Part shown: positions 61,377 to 64,000 of the stretch, piece after piece | Position numbering within the stretch: position 1 is the stretch's first letter | How the letters are laid out: the number at the start of each line of letters is the position of its first letter | Assembly (NCBI GenBank): GCA_963708025.1 | Contig: CAVPSB010000025.1 | Span: 224,001-288,000, forward strand | Direction: 5' to 3' | Length of the DNA stretch: 64,000 nucleotides | Source of the DNA: an uncultured Candidatus Rokubacteria bacterium | GTDB lineage: Bacteria; Methylomirabilota; Methylomirabilia; Rokubacteriales; DASRDR01 | Translations under genes and position numbers: made by a program | Notes under the pieces: model-generated | The model's input: only the letters and a program-made list of their open reading frames with translations | What the model was told of the DNA's origin: nothing | Databases searched by the model: none

Positions 61377-61925
61377 CTAGGTCTTCTTGACGCGAATCTC
61401 GACGCGGCGGTTCTTCTGGCGGCCGTCCGGATCGTCGGTGCCATCCGTCCTGGTGTTGGACGCGATCGGGCGGGTCATCCCGAAGCCGCGGGCGGTCAGG
61501 CGCGCCGGCGGGATGCCCCCCTCCTTCACGAGCCAGTCCCTCACCGCGCTCGCGCGGCGCGCGGAGAGCTTCTGGTTGTAGTCGGCGCCGCCCTTGCCGT
61601 CGGTGTGCCCATCGATGGTCGCCGGAGCACCGGGCATCCCCTTGAGCACCTCGGCCACCTTGGAGAGCGACTCGACCGCGGCCGGCTTCAGGTCGGCCTT
61701 GTCGAAATCGAACAGGACGTCGGCGGCCAGCTCGATGACGATCTCCTGACCGACGACCTTCGCGCCGAGATCCTGCAGCACGCCCTCGAGGCCGCGCGCC
61801 ACCCCGACGATGTCCAGGACCTTGCCCTGAACGTCCAGGATCTTCCCGGGCGGGGTCTGCGCGTCCGCCTGGGACAGGAGACCGAGCACGACCGCCACGC
61901 TCAGCCGGGCGAGACCCGGGGCCAT
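61377..61925 (-). CDS. OmpA-like peptidoglycan-binding domain protein
   Basis: Signal peptide, VLFDFDKADL, IDGHTD, YNQKLSARRA, NRRVEI. Confidence 0.95.
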   Translation of the reverse strand: MAPGLARLSVAVVLGLLSQADAQTPPGKILDVQGKVLDIVGVARGLEGVLQDLGAKVVGQEIVIELAADVLFDFDKADLKPAAVESLSKVAEVLKGMPGAPATIDGHTDGKGGADYNQKLSARRASAVRDWLVKEGGIPPARLTARGFGMTRPIASNTRTDGTDDPDGRQKNRRVEIRVKKT

Positions 61926-61959
61926 GGGAGCCTCCGCACGTGCGCGCCAGGGCGCGCCG

Positions 61960-62436
61960 TCAGTCGGTGATCGGCACGTTGTCGAACGGGGGCGTAATCG
62001 GCGTGAAGTAGCTGATCTTCTTCACGTCGGCCGGCGGGGCCGGAAATTTCGCCCACCAGACGTAGGACGCGCCCTTGGCGACGGCCGCGCTCAAGTTCCC
62101 GAACGCGTCGCCCTGCGGGGCCAGCGGGGTTTTCTCCGAATCGCGAAGGATGAAGTACTTCTTGCCGCCGGCGGTCACGTAGTACGAGTCGTAGTTGCGA
62201 CCGGTGATCACGCCGACCTTGACGTTCTGGTCCCCAGTGTTGCGCAAGCGCACGCGAATCGTGAGGACGCCGTCTTGCCGCTTGCACTCGGTGATCTCCG
62301 CGACAATTCCGGCGACGTTCGAGTCCTGGCTCTGGATCGGTGCTTGCGCCAGCGTGGGGCCAGAGAAGAGCAGGCCCGCGGCGAATCCGAGCAGCGTCAA
62401 CCAGCTCGGCCTGGATCGGATCACGGTGGTGACCAT
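61960..62436 (-). CDS. Secreted hypothetical protein (beta-sandwich-like), OmpA partner
   Basis: Signal peptide; KKYFILRD...VWWAKFPAPPADVKKIS..PPFDNVPI. Directly upstream of the OmpA gene. Confidence 0.7.
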   Translation of the reverse strand: MVTTVIRSRPSWLTLLGFAAGLLFSGPTLAQAPIQSQDSNVAGIVAEITECKRQDGVLTIRVRLRNTGDQNVKVGVITGRNYDSYYVTAGGKKYFILRDSEKTPLAPQGDAFGNLSAAVAKGASYVWWAKFPAPPADVKKISYFTPITPPFDNVPITD

Positions 62437-62738
62437 GTCAACCTCCCTGTTCGACGGTGGCTGTAGCCCGCCGCGTGGGGGCGAAGCCGAGCGTCGGCCT
62501 CGCGATCGCCCGAGGACCCCCGGGGCATCCTGCGCCGACGCGGGCTCGCGGTCAAGGAGCGGCGGAGGGGTGCGGTGCCGGAGCCCCGGTGGGGCCCCGG
62601 CGCGAGGGCGCTCCCGGGGAGGGTCTGGCCGAGCGGCGAGTACCCCTGACGCTTCCTACGGCCATTCTTGGCCGGCCGGCCAGGACCGCGCGTGCGATCA
62701 TCTCGCCCACGGCTTCGTAGCGGGCAGACGAGCGCTCG

Positions 62739-63974
62739 TCAGCGAGTCGCTTTGGGGAGGCTCCGCGCCGCGAGCTCGCCGATCTTCTTGCCCATCGCGG
62801 TGCCGACCTCCGTCGAGTTACGGTAGTGCACCCCGTCGTAGATGCGCGCCACCGCGACTTCCCTCACGAAGTCGCCGACGCTCGTCCACGTGCGCACGGC
62901 ACCCCCGGCGGTCGAGCTGGCCGAGCTCAGCTTCGGGACCGGGCCGGCGCCGATCTCGACTTCGAGCACGGCGCCCAGAGACGCTGACACGATGCAGTGG
63001 GCGCATGGATACTCCGGGTGCATCGGCGTGTCGATGAACGGCGTCCAGCCGGGATCGCGCGCGGTGGCATCGTTGCCGTCGAGATCACCGTTGCGAATGG
63101 CCGTGATCGGACGCCAGAGATTGTAGATGTACTTGGCGTCGAAGACGGCGATCAGCGCGTCGTCCATGGCCATCCCCGCCACCGCGAGCAGGCGCGCGTT
63201 GTCGGTCAGGTCCCGGCCGGGCGCAGCCGCGACCGAGCGCGCCACCGGCCAGTAGACGGCCGGGGCCGTCGCTTCCCAGAAGCGCGCGATGACGGTTTGC
63301 TCCGGCGTGCGCTGGGTGCTGTTCTTCGCGCCGAGCGCCTTGATCTCGTTGTAGTCCCGCGTCCAGATATCACTGGTCAGGCTTGGCGGAGCGACCGGGC
63401 GGAACTGGTCGCCGCTGGTCATCGTCCACGGCTTGCGCTTGCCCCAGTTGGGCACCGCCGGAAGCAGCGTCGGCACGTAGGCCCCCGCCGTCGTATGGGG
63501 TCGATACGTGTCGGGAAGGCCGATTCCGTCTTCAGCGCGGGAGGTGAGGATGGCCGTCGCCGCTTGGTCGCCGACCGCGATGCCATCGGCCTTCGCGGGT
63601 CCGTCGGCCAGCGGCCGCAGGATGGTTTGATAGTCCGCGTCGATCGCCGCCTGTTGAGTCGGCATGAGCTTCAGTAATGCCGTCCGCGTCGCCGCGGCGA
63701 CCGCGGCCTCAACCGAGGCGCCGGGCGCCGCGGGGATCTTTGCGCGAGACGTGGGGTAGCGGCCGGTGATCGCGTTGACGGCCTCGAATACCGAGACCTG
63801 GACGATGGCCATCGTCCGCACCGCCACGGGAGTCGCTGGATTCCTGGACGCCACGTCGGCGGCCTTCGTGTTCGAGTCGGTGACGACATCGGCGTGGGCG
63901 CCCGGTGCGCCGGCCAGCATCACCGCGGCAAGGATCCAGAGACATGCACTGATCGGCCAGCCGTTGGTTTTCAT
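62739..63974 (-). CDS. Secreted vanadium-dependent haloperoxidase / PAP2 superfamily protein
   Basis: AKYIYNLWRPITAIR, TPMHPEYPCAH, ARIYDGVHYRNS; signal peptide. Confidence 0.85.
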   Translation of the reverse strand: MKTNGWPISACLWILAAVMLAGAPGAHADVVTDSNTKAADVASRNPATPVAVRTMAIVQVSVFEAVNAITGRYPTSRAKIPAAPGASVEAAVAAATRTALLKLMPTQQAAIDADYQTILRPLADGPAKADGIAVGDQAATAILTSRAEDGIGLPDTYRPHTTAGAYVPTLLPAVPNWGKRKPWTMTSGDQFRPVAPPSLTSDIWTRDYNEIKALGAKNSTQRTPEQTVIARFWEATAPAVYWPVARSVAAAPGRDLTDNARLLAVAGMAMDDALIAVFDAKYIYNLWRPITAIRNGDLDGNDATARDPGWTPFIDTPMHPEYPCAHCIVSASLGAVLEVEIGAGPVPKLSSASSTAGGAVRTWTSVGDFVREVAVARIYDGVHYRNSTEVGTAMGKKIGELAARSLPKATR

Positions 63975-64000
63975 GATCGCTCCCCCTCGTGATGGAGAAC

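Noticed and set aside
1-64000. tRNA/rRNA genes and prophage genes
   Set aside because: No cloverleaf, rRNA-like or phage hallmark sequences recognised by eye; a tRNAscan/Infernal run would be needed to exclude them fully.

Overview
Very GC-rich bacterial DNA with many single-base frameshifts, densest at 0.5-6.9 kb and most likely long-read consensus errors. The gene repertoire (multi-GAF kinase, zinc-ribbon adenylate cyclase, Liv/Dpp transporters, DUF222-HNH) resembles Ca. Rokubacteria/Methylomirabilota; this is inference. 0-11.6 kb is nuclease-rich: a DUF429-like gene, AddB/AddA-like helicase-nuclease, two damaged HNH genes (one split by an end-less IS256 fragment), DUF222-HNH and DUF433. 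11.6-19.5 kb mixes intact genes (FAD oxidoreductase, cupin, fused hydantoinase/oxoprolinase) with many gene fragments, including scrambled relic copies of neighbouring genes. 19.7-37.3 kb holds an adenylate cyclase, DinB, a GAF kinase, a Dpp transporter, an MNT-HEPN pair and an RND pump. 37.7-48.7 kb is a sigma54/two-component-controlled respiratory cluster resembling alternative complex III (ACIII)/Qrc, with an unusual tetraheme cytochrome and EB_dh-domain tail. It is followed by an ABC-F gene with an unannotated Lys-rich 25-aa upstream ORF, a Liv operon with an extra signature-less ATPase, and assorted enzymes. I found no rRNA, tRNA or CRISPR array. The best candidates for novelty are the variant ACIII/Qrc complex, the Lys-rich uORF/ABC-F pair, and the pattern of scrambled local relics bracketing inserted DNA.
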